This document shows positions 11,221 through 20,868 of a stretch of 64,000 bases of DNA, piece by piece. Numbering within the stretch: the stretch's first letter is position 1; each line of letters begins with the position of its first letter. Source of the stretch: Candidatus Bathyarchaeota archaeon (GTDB taxonomy: Archaea > Thermoproteota > Bathyarchaeia > Bathyarchaeales > Bathycorpusculaceae); NCBI GenBank assembly GCA_963832745.1, contig CAWHVC010000003.1, forward strand, positions 576,001-640,000, given 5' to 3'. The position numbers were made by a program, and so were the translations under genes. Under the pieces are notes generated by a model that had not been told where the DNA came from, did not search any database, and saw only the letters and a list, made by a program, of their open reading frames with translations.

Positions 11221-12567
11221 TTAGCGTAGTTTCATTAGAACCATTTCTGCAGCTAAAACCATTGGTTCCCAAGTTTCACACATTGGCGGCGCATATGCCG
11301 TGTCTGCTTTAGCAAGGTCACGCACAGTCATCTGCTTCTGAATCGCAAAACTCAGCGCGTTAATGCGTTGGGTTACTGCTTCTCCACCGACGATTTGAGC
11401 ACCGATTATGCGTTCTGACTCTTTTTCAACAATCAGTTTTACTTTGATGGGTTTTGCTGTGGGGTAATAGTCTGCTTTAGTTTTGCTACTTATTGCGCCG
11501 ACGACTACTTCAATGTGGTTTTTTGCAGCGGCAGTTTCGCTTATGCCTGTTGCGCCTGCTTCAATATCAAACAGCATAGTGATTGCAGAGACTAAGGCGC
11601 CCGTGAATTGGGCGTAAGCTCCTGCCGCGTTTGTACCTGCAACCTTGCCTTGCCGAACAGCGACTGTGCCAAGCTGTGGGCAAATTGGTCTGTGAGTTAT
11701 AATGTGCAATGTTTCGGCGCAGTCGCCAACTGCATAAACATCTTTTATGTCGGTTTCCATTCGTGAATTAGTTCTAATTGCCCGTGTATCCCCTAATGGT
11801 ATGCATGAGTCACAGGCGAGCTTAGTGTTAGCCCGAACACCAAAAGCGCTGATGAACATGTCAGCAGTGAGTGTTTCGCCACTTGCAATTATCCCAGTTA
11901 CTTTGTCGTCGCCAAGGATTTCTTCTACTCGTTTGTTTAGAAGAATTTTCATGCCTTTACTTTCAAGATGGTCCTGCACTAGTTTTGCCATATCCGCATC
12001 AAGCAGTTGTGGCAGAATCTGAGGTAACATTTCAACAATTGTAACCTGCAAGCCTCGCTCAATTAGGGCAACACCAAGTTCCAACCCGATTAAACCTGCT
12101 CCCATTATTATAGCTGATTTTGCTCCAGCTTTTACGGCTTCATCAATTTTTTCGCCGTCTTCAATATTGCGTAGGCTTAGGATGCCGGTTTTTTCTTTGC
12201 CTTTAATGGGCGGCATAAATGCGTCAGCACCGGTTGAAATTATCAAGCTATCATAAGACAAATCTTCAGTCGTGCCTTCAGCGGTTTGGATTGTAACTTT
12301 TTTCTCTGCTGTGTTGATGACGGTGGCGGTTGTTTGAGTGTATAGGTTAAGTTTAAGCATTTGAAAATATGCTGGAGGATAAACGATTAAGTCTTTGAAT
12401 TGGGGGATTGCTCCACTGATGACAAATGGTAAGCCGCAACGGGAGTAGCCTGCAGTTTTTTCTTTAGTGACAAGAGTGATTTCTGCCGTTCGGTCTTTTT
12501 TGCGTGCTGCAGAAGCCGCGTCAATACCGGCGGCGTTTGCGCCGATTATGACTATTTTTCGAGGCAC
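11221..12567 (-). CDS. FAD-dependent pyridine nucleotide-disulfide oxidoreductase (NADH oxidase / CoA-disulfide reductase family)
   Basis: IIGANAAG, YSRCGLP single redox Cys, GAGLIGLE, AVGDC and YAPP motifs; GTG start after GGAGG. Confidence 0.9.
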   Translation of the reverse strand: MPRKIVIIGANAAGIDAASAARKKDRTAEITLVTKEKTAGYSRCGLPFVISGAIPQFKDLIVYPPAYFQMLKLNLYTQTTATVINTAEKKVTIQTAEGTTEDLSYDSLIISTGADAFMPPIKGKEKTGILSLRNIEDGEKIDEAVKAGAKSAIIMGAGLIGLELGVALIERGLQVTIVEMLPQILPQLLDADMAKLVQDHLESKGMKILLNKRVEEILGDDKVTGIIASGETLTADMFISAFGVRANTKLACDSCIPLGDTRAIRTNSRMETDIKDVYAVGDCAETLHIITHRPICPQLGTVAVRQGKVAGTNAAGAYAQFTGALVSAITMLFDIEAGATGISETAAAKNHIEVVVGAISSKTKADYYPTAKPIKVKLIVEKESERIIGAQIVGGEAVTQRINALSFAIQKQMTVRDLAKADTAYAPPMCETWEPMVLAAEMVLMKLR

Positions 12568-12589
12568 TATTTTCAGTCCTCCCCTTTTT

Positions 12590-13006
12590 TTATTTTCCTT
12601 GGGCTTGAGCTTTGTGCCATTCAACAGCTTTGTCGAAATCCATTAGGTTTGCAAGTTCTTCTTGTAGGTTGGATGGTTTTATGATGAGTAACCATGCTTT
12701 GCCGTATGGGTCCTCGTTTAGGGTTTCTGGTTTCGAGAGTACTTCTTCGTTAACTTCTTCTATAACTCCGCTTGCTGGCGATACTAGGTCGGAAACGGCT
12801 TTTACGGATTCAAGAGTTCCGTACGGCTCGTTTTGCTTAACTTCAGTGTCTGCTTCAGGCAGTTCAGCGTAAACTATTTCACGTAGAGCTTTTTGAGCAT
12901 AATCTGTTATGCCCACACGTATTTTATCGCCTTCAATTTTTAACCAGGCAAAATCCTTTGAATAATATAATCCTTCAGGAACCTCGTATCCTTCAACTTT
13001 AACCAT
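12590..13006 (-). CDS. gcvH: Glycine cleavage system H-like lipoyl-carrier protein
   Basis: RVGITDYAQ, ESVKAVSD (lipoyl-Lys) and NEDPYGKAW motifs. Confidence 0.92.
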   Translation of the reverse strand: MVKVEGYEVPEGLYYSKDFAWLKIEGDKIRVGITDYAQKALREIVYAELPEADTEVKQNEPYGTLESVKAVSDLVSPASGVIEEVNEEVLSKPETLNEDPYGKAWLLIIKPSNLQEELANLMDFDKAVEWHKAQAQGK

Positions 13007-13107
13007 AAACAATACCTTCAGATGTTATTACAATAAGCTAAGCTAAAATCAAAAGCATTGTTGCTTAAAAGTTTTCACAAAAACAAAAAATAAAAAAAGA
13101 AAAAGGT

Positions 13108-14193
13108 TTACCGTTCGCGTTTACCAGCAATCCAGTCTTCTGTGTCCTGACGGGCTTGGCTGTCTGGAACTTGGACTGGTGGATGCTTAAAAGCGTATGA
13201 GGGCATACTCAAGAGTGCGCCGCTGATTTTGCGGTCAAGAGCGATTTTTGCTGCACGGATTAGGTCGATGACGACTCCGGCGCTGTTTGGTGAGTCTTCG
13301 ACTTCAAGTTTTGCGCTGATGCTTATGGGGCGGTCGCCGAATGCTCGTGTTTTTATTGATAGGTAACAGATTTTTTTGTTGCCTAGAAACTGTACGAAGT
13401 CGCTTGGCCCGATTCTTGTGGGCAAATTGTATGGTACAAGGCTTGTGACTGCTTCTGTTTTGCTGATTCGTTTGCTTGTAAGGCGGTTTTCTACGGTCAT
13501 GTTTTGGAAGTCGGTATCTCCGCCCAAGTTTAGCTGGTAAGTTTCATCCACGATTGCTCCTCGGTCAAGACAAAGCCGTACAAGCTGGCGGTGAAGGATG
13601 GTTGCGCCGACTTGGCTTTTAATGTCATCACCAAGGACTGGTAAACCGGCTTTTTCGAATTTTTTAGGCCACTCTTTTGTTGCGTCGCTGCCGATGAATT
13701 CTGGCATGCAATTTACAAATGCACAGCCTGCATCGATGGCGCATTGAGCATAGAAACGTACTGCATCATGACTGCCGACTGGCAAGTAATTGACTAGAAC
13801 TTCTGCTTTTGCGTCTTTGAGCGTTTGAACTATGCTTTCTTTTGTGGTGTTGCTGTCGTCATAAACGTTAAAGGTTTCACGCATGTGTGGAGCGACACCG
13901 TCAAGGATGATGCCTGGCGAAATTTTAACGCCAAGATTTGGGACGTCGCTGAATTTTTCACAACAGTTTGGTTTCATCCAGATGGCTTCTGAGAGGTCTT
14001 TTCCGACTTTGTCTTTGTTAACCTCGAAAGCTGCGACAAACTTTATGTCGTTTATATGGTATCCGCCATAGTTTACATGCATAAGGCCGGGAACTGTTTC
14101 GCCGTCTTTGGCGTTCTTGTAGTATTGGGTTCCCTGAATCAGGGCGCAGGCGCTGTTGCCCACGCCGATAAGTGCTACACGAATTTCAGGCAT
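13108..14193 (-). CDS. ino1: Inositol-3-phosphate synthase
   Basis: IGVGNSA, GDDIKSQVGAT, RLTSKRISKT and DSPNSAG motifs. Confidence 0.95.
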   Translation of the reverse strand: MPEIRVALIGVGNSACALIQGTQYYKNAKDGETVPGLMHVNYGGYHINDIKFVAAFEVNKDKVGKDLSEAIWMKPNCCEKFSDVPNLGVKISPGIILDGVAPHMRETFNVYDDSNTTKESIVQTLKDAKAEVLVNYLPVGSHDAVRFYAQCAIDAGCAFVNCMPEFIGSDATKEWPKKFEKAGLPVLGDDIKSQVGATILHRQLVRLCLDRGAIVDETYQLNLGGDTDFQNMTVENRLTSKRISKTEAVTSLVPYNLPTRIGPSDFVQFLGNKKICYLSIKTRAFGDRPISISAKLEVEDSPNSAGVVIDLIRAAKIALDRKISGALLSMPSYAFKHPPVQVPDSQARQDTEDWIAGKRER

Positions 14194-14311
14194 AAACTAA
14201 CCTTCCAAAGATTCTAATGGTGTTGAAAGCCTTAATGTTCCGCTACGCTAATAACTTTTTCTAAAAGTATCCTTCAGAGAAACAGCAAAAGACCCAGAAA
14301 ATCACGACATT

Positions 14312-14382
14312 TTTCAACATATTAATGGCGCAAAAAAACTGTCATTAGCACCTACCCCTCTTAGGTTTTCAACATACAACCC
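14312..14382 (-). repeat. Dispersed intergenic repeat, copy B
   Basis: Minus strand reads TATGTTGAAAACCTAAGAGGGGTAGGTGCTAATGAC-N11-GCCATTAATATGTTGAAA; GGGGTAGGTGCTAWTGAC is 17/18 identical to copy A. Confidence 0.75.
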
Positions 14383-14651
14383 TTAATGTTAATCAGTAGT
14401 TCTTGATTAAGACCAATTGGGTTTGGAGTCGTGCTAAGGAAGGCTTGAGACTGAATTTGTTTGTCAACTGTTACGCCTGAGGGTACTGTTTTGTATGCCC
14501 AGTTAGGTGATGATGGGTTTCCGCCATGCATTGATTCTTGGGCTTGAGTTGGTAGAATCGCTAACATTGATGATGCCCTAAGAATGCTAAGAATTGCAAC
14601 CGCAAACATTTTTTGTAGTTTATAATTTGGGTTGTTGTTTATTTTTTTCAT
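14361..14651 (-). pseudogene. Truncated N-terminal fragment of a large secreted surface protein
   Basis: Signal-like N-terminus and AFLSTTPNPIGLNQELLIN, resembling the start of bathyarchaeal PQQ-type surface proteins; the ORF runs into repeat copy B and stops. Confidence 0.5.
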
Positions 14652-14978
14652 TTTTAATGCCTTTGATTCAAAATTTTATTGTAAGTTATAGCTTACCTTA
14701 TTGGTTTCTTTATAAGGTTTGCTCAGTTTTACGGTTAAATGTGCTAAAATAGGCATTTAAAACGGAAAAAAGCAATACTTTTTAAGTTATAATCATAAAT
14801 GGCGCTTATTTGTGGGTTTTCACAAAAAGTGTGTATGTTCAAAATAAAAATGTATTAAACGATTTTTAACATGTTTTTGTTTCGCATAGTTATATGAAAT
14901 ACATATTGCTCTATCAAAATTAGTGCTAACGGAAAATCATCAAATTTTGCCGCCCCGCAACATTTTTGTCTCCGAACA

Positions 14979-16250
14979 TTACGTAATTTTTATCTGTGCT
15001 ACTTCTCCAGTATCTGCCCAAACAGTAACAGCTACACTATTTACGCCACCTAAGTATGTCTTGTCCAAATAAAGTGTGACATACCAGCACGGATACAACT
15101 GTGTACCCTGTCTAGTGTTCGGATGAAAAACGGTTAAAACCGGCGACTCAAGAAACTCCAAACTTGATACGGTTTGCCCATTGATGGAATAGCTGAATGT
15201 TTTGGCGGCATTTCTGGCTATTTCTATAGCGTAATCTTGGTTGATGTTGACGTTTGTGTTTCCAACGCTGAATAGGTACATGCCATCGGTAAGTGAAGTT
15301 AAAACGCGGCCTTCAAAAACCAAATCAACACTTTTTGGTGAATAATCTACACTATTTTCCGTGTACATCCAAAACAGATGCGTCGTGTCACCGCTAAATG
15401 ATACGTTGAGTTTTAGGTTACCTTGTTTAATCTCAATGTTCTCCTCTTTCTGTACGAGGCTTAACATTTCACTCATGTTGCCCAAGTATGCGGTGTCTTC
15501 GTAAACGCTTAAACGGTCAAGCAGGCTTTTAGCGGTATCCAACTTGCTTATGGGTTGCCCTACACTGAAGATGGGTGTGCCTTCAAAAATGCTGATTTGA
15601 TAACGTGACAGTTGACCGTCACGGAAACGGAAGACAACGTCAAGTTTGCTTTCGCTACTGGTTAACGAGTAACGCATGATTTCCTCAACTACGCCGCCTA
15701 AATCTTTACGGTGCTCAACAGTTCGGCTAAGAAGTGTCGCTTGGTATTTGCCTGTGTCGATTTGGGCTACATTCTGCAGGAAGGTGATGGCGTCGTCAGT
15801 GCTACTGCTCCAAGACAAAAGCTGGTTATAACGTGACTGCAGGTTGTCACGGTCGCTTGCCAATTGGCTGTTGACGCCGAATTGGATGTAAGTAAAGCTT
15901 GCCAGAACAATAACGCCAACAAGCAGAATGCCTAAAACTGTTTTCCACTTCACACTTAATCCCAATCGTTGGCGGGGTTGAACAGGTGGGGCTTCCTCGA
16001 CAACTTTCATGGTGTTAACTGATGCTTGACCAAAAGTGGATAACCTATAGGTGCCTGTGTCTGTTTTGGTTACGAGTTCGCCGAGGTTTTCCAAATGATA
16101 AGTAAGGTTAGAGCTTGATACGCCGAGGTATTCCAGCATTTCAGAAAAAGTCATTGGCTTATCGGCGAGCATACGCAGAATTTTGCGGCGAGCTGGATGT
16201 TTGAGTGAACTGAACATTGTTGAGTAGATTTCTTCTTTGGAATCAGCCAT
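14979..16250 (-). CDS. Membrane-anchored ArsR-type winged-helix regulator with extracellular domain
   Basis: SLKHPARRKIL...LTYHLENL wHTH, one TM helix, ~290-aa outside domain. Confidence 0.85.
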   Translation of the reverse strand: MADSKEEIYSTMFSSLKHPARRKILRMLADKPMTFSEMLEYLGVSSSNLTYHLENLGELVTKTDTGTYRLSTFGQASVNTMKVVEEAPPVQPRQRLGLSVKWKTVLGILLVGVIVLASFTYIQFGVNSQLASDRDNLQSRYNQLLSWSSSTDDAITFLQNVAQIDTGKYQATLLSRTVEHRKDLGGVVEEIMRYSLTSSESKLDVVFRFRDGQLSRYQISIFEGTPIFSVGQPISKLDTAKSLLDRLSVYEDTAYLGNMSEMLSLVQKEENIEIKQGNLKLNVSFSGDTTHLFWMYTENSVDYSPKSVDLVFEGRVLTSLTDGMYLFSVGNTNVNINQDYAIEIARNAAKTFSYSINGQTVSSLEFLESPVLTVFHPNTRQGTQLYPCWYVTLYLDKTYLGGVNSVAVTVWADTGEVAQIKIT

Positions 16251-16387
16251 TATAAGCCCTTATATCATGAGGCACTGGCATAAGCTTAAAACTTTGTCTT
16301 TGTCAAGGTTTTTAGACTAAACATTTTTGTTTTGTCATTTTTTCCTTACAAGAACCCTTTTATCAAATAGATTAAGAGAAACAAATT

Positions 16388-18316
16388 ATGAAGAAAATGT
16401 TTGCTGTCTGCCTGGTATGCTTCCTTCTGTTGCCCACATTAGATTGGGTTGTGCCTGTTAATGCTTCAAGAACGCTTACAGTACCCAGCGAATATTCAAG
16501 TATTCAACAAGCCATAAACGATGCAAACGCCGGTGACACAGTTTTTGTAAAAGCAGGCACATACAAGGAACAATTAGTTATTGATAAACCATTAATTCTT
16601 AAAGGGCAAGACAAAACCAGCACTTTCCTTGTTTCTGCAGATTCGGGCGCAATTGTGAAGGTAGGCAGTAATAATGTTGAGTTTTCAGGTTTCACGGTTC
16701 GACATGACGGTTTAGGCAGCGGTTACCCTTTGTGGTATTGGAGTTCAGGGAAAGCTGCAGTGCACCTTCTTAATGCGGAAGACTGCCATATTTACGATAA
16801 CCTGATTGCCAGTAGGGGTTGCGGTATCTGGCTCTACAACTCGCACCATAACAATTTACATGACAATACTGTTAGCGAATGTGATTACGGCATCACTTTG
16901 CAGCAATCAAGCCAAAACACGCTAACCAACAATACACTGACAAACAACACCAATGGTTTATCCTTTATGTCCTCGTCCAGTAATACCCTAAAACAAAACA
17001 TTTTAACTGATAATTCCTACAATTTTGAGATTTCAAGTGAAGACCTTTCAGGCTACCTCAACAGTGTGGATGAGTCAAACTTGATTGAAAATAAACCTGT
17101 AATTTATTGGGTAGACAAGACAAACCAAAAAGTTCCCTCGGATGCCGGTCTTGTTGTTTTGGTTAACTGCAAAGACATCACAGTCGACGGCTTAACACTA
17201 TTTCCAAGTACACAGGCAGCTATTACCTTAGCTGGAACCCAAAACTGCCAAGTTAAAAATAACCACATATCTAACAGCAGTGTCGCTATCCAACTTTTCA
17301 ACGCTAAATATGACTTCATTTACAATAATACCCTAAAAGCCATCAACGTAGGTGTCCAATCAAACGGCAACGGAACCACAATACAAAACAATAATATTAT
17401 TGCTGCTACCGGCGTTAGCATCGGCGGTTACTACCAAACCGTAATAGGTAATGCCATAAACTTAGAACAAACCAGTTACTTTGGCGACTACGCAATAACC
17501 TGTACTGGCTCTTATAACAACATAAGCTTAAACCGAATGCAAAATGCAATGCGGGGCATAAGCATAACCGCTTCAAACAACGTGTTTTATGGCAACATCT
17601 TGGACGACTGCAACGAAATTCTGCTTGAAAAAGTAAACGGCAACTTTATCATCAGAAACACCTTGACTTCAACAGGTATCAACATACATGAAGGGTCTGA
17701 AAATGTGCTTTGTGGAAACAAGTTAACTGGCGGTCGTGGCATTAACCTCCTTTTTGGTCACAACAACACGGTATATTCCAACACGGTAGCGAATAGTCAA
17801 GTGGGCGTTCAATGGGGCAGCAAAGCAGAATATGTATCAAACAACCTGTTTTACCATAATAATTTCGTGGGCAATGACCGTCAAATTGGGAAAAGCTGTA
17901 GCAGTTACGCTGTTAACTTTTGGGATAACGGCGAAGAAGGCAACTACTGGAGCGATTATAGCGGCAGCGACTGGAACTTTGATGGTTTGGGCGATTCTGT
18001 TTATGAACTCAAAAGTTACTATGATGGTACAGACGGCGAAGTGACTTACACTTGCGGCATCGATAATCACCCTCTCATGAAGCTTTATGACATCTCCAAA
18101 GCTACCGTGGATCTGCCCGTTTGGGTTGACCCTGAAAAACCTCAAGAAGCCACCCAACCAAACGATTTGCCACCCGTGAATATTCCTCCAATTGACCAAG
18201 AGCCGCCATTATCAACAGCTCAAATCATAGCCATAATAATTGCAGTCTTAGCCACGATAACAGTAATCCTGTACCTGAAACGGAACCGCAAAGCTGGCAA
18301 GCTGCAGACTAGTTGA
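16388..18316 (+). CDS. NosD/CASH-type parallel beta-helix cell-surface protein
   Basis: Signal peptide, VPSEYSSIQQAIN..GDTVFV, Asn-rich beta-helix repeats, GNYWSDY, C-terminal TM anchor. Confidence 0.9.
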   Translation: MKKMFAVCLVCFLLLPTLDWVVPVNASRTLTVPSEYSSIQQAINDANAGDTVFVKAGTYKEQLVIDKPLILKGQDKTSTFLVSADSGAIVKVGSNNVEFSGFTVRHDGLGSGYPLWYWSSGKAAVHLLNAEDCHIYDNLIASRGCGIWLYNSHHNNLHDNTVSECDYGITLQQSSQNTLTNNTLTNNTNGLSFMSSSSNTLKQNILTDNSYNFEISSEDLSGYLNSVDESNLIENKPVIYWVDKTNQKVPSDAGLVVLVNCKDITVDGLTLFPSTQAAITLAGTQNCQVKNNHISNSSVAIQLFNAKYDFIYNNTLKAINVGVQSNGNGTTIQNNNIIAATGVSIGGYYQTVIGNAINLEQTSYFGDYAITCTGSYNNISLNRMQNAMRGISITASNNVFYGNILDDCNEILLEKVNGNFIIRNTLTSTGINIHEGSENVLCGNKLTGGRGINLLFGHNNTVYSNTVANSQVGVQWGSKAEYVSNNLFYHNNFVGNDRQIGKSCSSYAVNFWDNGEEGNYWSDYSGSDWNFDGLGDSVYELKSYYDGTDGEVTYTCGIDNHPLMKLYDISKATVDLPVWVDPEKPQEATQPNDLPPVNIPPIDQEPPLSTAQIIAIIIAVLATITVILYLKRNRKAGKLQTS

Positions 18317-18369
18317 GGCAAATTACAAATAACCCAGCAACCCAGTATTCTACATTGTAGGGTATTGTT

Positions 18370-19917
18370 ATGACTGATGTCGTGTTTACTTTTGAGGTTC
18401 ACCAGCCACACCGGCTAAAACGCAGCTTGTTTTGGGAAGGCAAAATCTTCAAACGCTTAACCAAAAACGAACTCTTCGACTACTACTTTGACAATGAAGG
18501 CGACCGCGAAATTTTCAAGCGGGCAGCACGCAAATGCTATTTTCCCTCAAACCAAATCCTGCTTGACCTCATCGACCGACACCGTCACGAACGCAAACCC
18601 GTAAAAGTTGCTTTCAGCCTTTCCGGCGTCTTTTTAGAACAATGCGAAATGTTCGACAAAGACCTACTTGAAACCTTCAAACAACTTGCAAAAACAGGCA
18701 AAGTTGAGTTTCTTGACCAAACTTATTACCACTCCATTGCAAGTCTTTATCCAGACAAAACCGAGTTCATTGAACAAGTGCAAATGCACCGTCAACTCAT
18801 CCAAGACCTTCTCGGCTACACACCAAGCGTTTTCGAAAACACTGAACTGCTCTACAACAACACCATTGCCAAAACCGTGGAAAGTATGGGTTACAAGGGC
18901 ATCTACACTGAAGGCGTAGAAAAAATACTCGGCGAAAAATCGCCCAACTTTCTTTATACCCCAAAAGGCTGCAAAAAAATCCGCACATTACTACGCAACT
19001 ACAAGTTAACCGACGACATCGGTTTCCGTTTCAGTGCTCGCTGGTGGCCTGATTGGCCTCTGACAGCTGAAAAATATGCCGGTTGGCTTGCAGGCACAAA
19101 AGGTGAAGTTATCAACATTTTCCCCGATTACGAAACCTTTGGAGAGCATCATTGGCCAGAAACAGGTATCCACGATTTTCTACGGCATATGCCTGAAAAA
19201 CTGCTTGAATATGACAACCTGAAAATGATTACCCCGTCTGAGGCGGTTGAGCGCCATATTCCAGTGGGCGAGATTGATGTTCCCGAAACCGAGTTTACCG
19301 TTTCTTGGGCGGACGTGGCAAGAGATTCAACAGGTTGGCTTGGCAACGTGATGCAGTGGGCATACTACACTTCACTCCGTAGGCTGGAACCTTTAGCGAA
19401 AGAAACTGATGACCCTGAATGGTTGCGGCTTTGGCGTGACTTTCAAACAAGCGACCACCTTTATTACATGTTCACCGCTGGAGGTGGACCCGGCGAAGTT
19501 CACTCGTACTTTAGTCCATACGAGTCACCCATGGATGCATTCGCGGTTGCTCAATCATTGCTTAACGATTTTGAGTCACGCCTACGCATGGCGATTTTAA
19601 CCGCTAACGAACCATTCCTTTTCTACACTGGCACTGGTAAAGCATGCTACACTGGCGTTATGGCATGGAGCCTCTGTGGATTCATAAAAGTCGTCCAAAC
19701 AGTCGACTCCGAAGCGCTTGAATTCCACGTTGGTAACGGTGATTTCGAAAGCTGGATCAAGTTTTCCCTTAAAGATGAAGAGTTAGCTGAAAAAATTCAT
19801 CAAATTGCCGCTTCAAAGAAAAAGAAAGAAGCCCTAAGACGTGCAATTGTTACTGCAGCAAAGACTCGTTACACGACTCTTTTAGGTAAAGCGCAGGAAG
19901 CTACACGGCAATTCTGA
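18370..19917 (+). CDS. Glycoside hydrolase family 57 alpha-amylase-like protein with C-terminal DUF5752-like domain
   Basis: FEVHQP, NTELLY, DYETFGEHHW and QTSDHLYYM motifs; C-terminal EPFLF...FHVGNGDFESWI. Confidence 0.92.
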   Translation: MTDVVFTFEVHQPHRLKRSLFWEGKIFKRLTKNELFDYYFDNEGDREIFKRAARKCYFPSNQILLDLIDRHRHERKPVKVAFSLSGVFLEQCEMFDKDLLETFKQLAKTGKVEFLDQTYYHSIASLYPDKTEFIEQVQMHRQLIQDLLGYTPSVFENTELLYNNTIAKTVESMGYKGIYTEGVEKILGEKSPNFLYTPKGCKKIRTLLRNYKLTDDIGFRFSARWWPDWPLTAEKYAGWLAGTKGEVINIFPDYETFGEHHWPETGIHDFLRHMPEKLLEYDNLKMITPSEAVERHIPVGEIDVPETEFTVSWADVARDSTGWLGNVMQWAYYTSLRRLEPLAKETDDPEWLRLWRDFQTSDHLYYMFTAGGGPGEVHSYFSPYESPMDAFAVAQSLLNDFESRLRMAILTANEPFLFYTGTGKACYTGVMAWSLCGFIKVVQTVDSEALEFHVGNGDFESWIKFSLKDEELAEKIHQIAASKKKKEALRRAIVTAAKTRYTTLLGKAQEATRQF

Positions 19918-19980
19918 AGCTGTTCGCATTGATTTATAAGACCCATTTTTCCTTATTTTAAGTGAATTGAGGTCACATTA

Positions 19981-20232
19981 ATGAGAGAAGAACTTCCATT
20001 TCCCGACAAGGTTCTGCAGACCCTTCATAACCTTTGTGCAACTGCCGCTGACCTGTCAAGGCGCAGTGATGAGGTAGCAAGAATTCTGCAGAAGGATCCT
20101 AATGAGATTGAAGGCATCCTTGACAAGTACAAGTCTGAAGGTTTCGCTGAAAGCTTTGTTGACAACGAAGGCAAAAAACGTTATTACCTTAACGGTAGAG
20201 GCATAATCAAAGTCTGTTCACTCTTTACATAA
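19981..20232 (+). CDS. Small winged-helix-like hypothetical protein
   Basis: 83 aa with GAGGT SD and KKRYYLNGRG wing-like end; within the glucan operon. Confidence 0.65.
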   Translation: MREELPFPDKVLQTLHNLCATAADLSRRSDEVARILQKDPNEIEGILDKYKSEGFAESFVDNEGKKRYYLNGRGIIKVCSLFT

Positions 20233-20244
20233 AGTGACCTGTTT

Positions 20245-20868
20245 ATGCGCGTAATACTGTTTTCTTGGGAGTATCCGCCTAGGGTTGTGGGGAAACTTGC
20301 TGAATACGTTAGCGCGCTATCTACTAACTTGGTAAAAAGTAAAGTTGACACTTATGTTGTCACTTATCACGATTACTTGACTGGGTTATCGGTTGAATCT
20401 TCTGGAGTAAAAACTTTCCGCGTGACTAACCCAGTGAAAACTCACATCGGCGTTTTAACATGGGTGCTGACTCTTAACCAAGAGGTTGAACGAGCCGCAG
20501 CCAACATTTATTACGATTCAAAAAAGAAAGTTGACTTAATTGACGTGTATGATTGGCATTTAGTTCCAGCCGCTGTGGCACTAAAAAATGGGCTTGGAAT
20601 ACCATTTGTTTACTCTGTTGAAAGCCTAGAGGATCACCGTTCACTATCTTCAAACTCACCCTATAATATGGCAATCAAAAGTATCGAGTGGCTAGGCTGC
20701 TACGAGTCAAGCGTTATCAGCGTAAAATCTGAATGGATGAAAGAAGAAATCATTCGCATTTACAACGTGCCCAAAGAAAAAATCGTTACTCTCTCAACCG
20801 AACCTGAAACATGGCTGAAAAGTGTTCTTGAAACCTATAACTTAGCAGTTGGAGGCGCTAAAGCTTGA
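20245..20868 (+). CDS. Stand-alone GT4 glycosyltransferase N-terminal domain
   Basis: SWEYPPRVVG motif; paralogous to the N-terminal half of the next gene; no C-terminal nucleotide-sugar-binding domain. Confidence 0.8.
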   Translation: MRVILFSWEYPPRVVGKLAEYVSALSTNLVKSKVDTYVVTYHDYLTGLSVESSGVKTFRVTNPVKTHIGVLTWVLTLNQEVERAAANIYYDSKKKVDLIDVYDWHLVPAAVALKNGLGIPFVYSVESLEDHRSLSSNSPYNMAIKSIEWLGCYESSVISVKSEWMKEEIIRIYNVPKEKIVTLSTEPETWLKSVLETYNLAVGGAKA

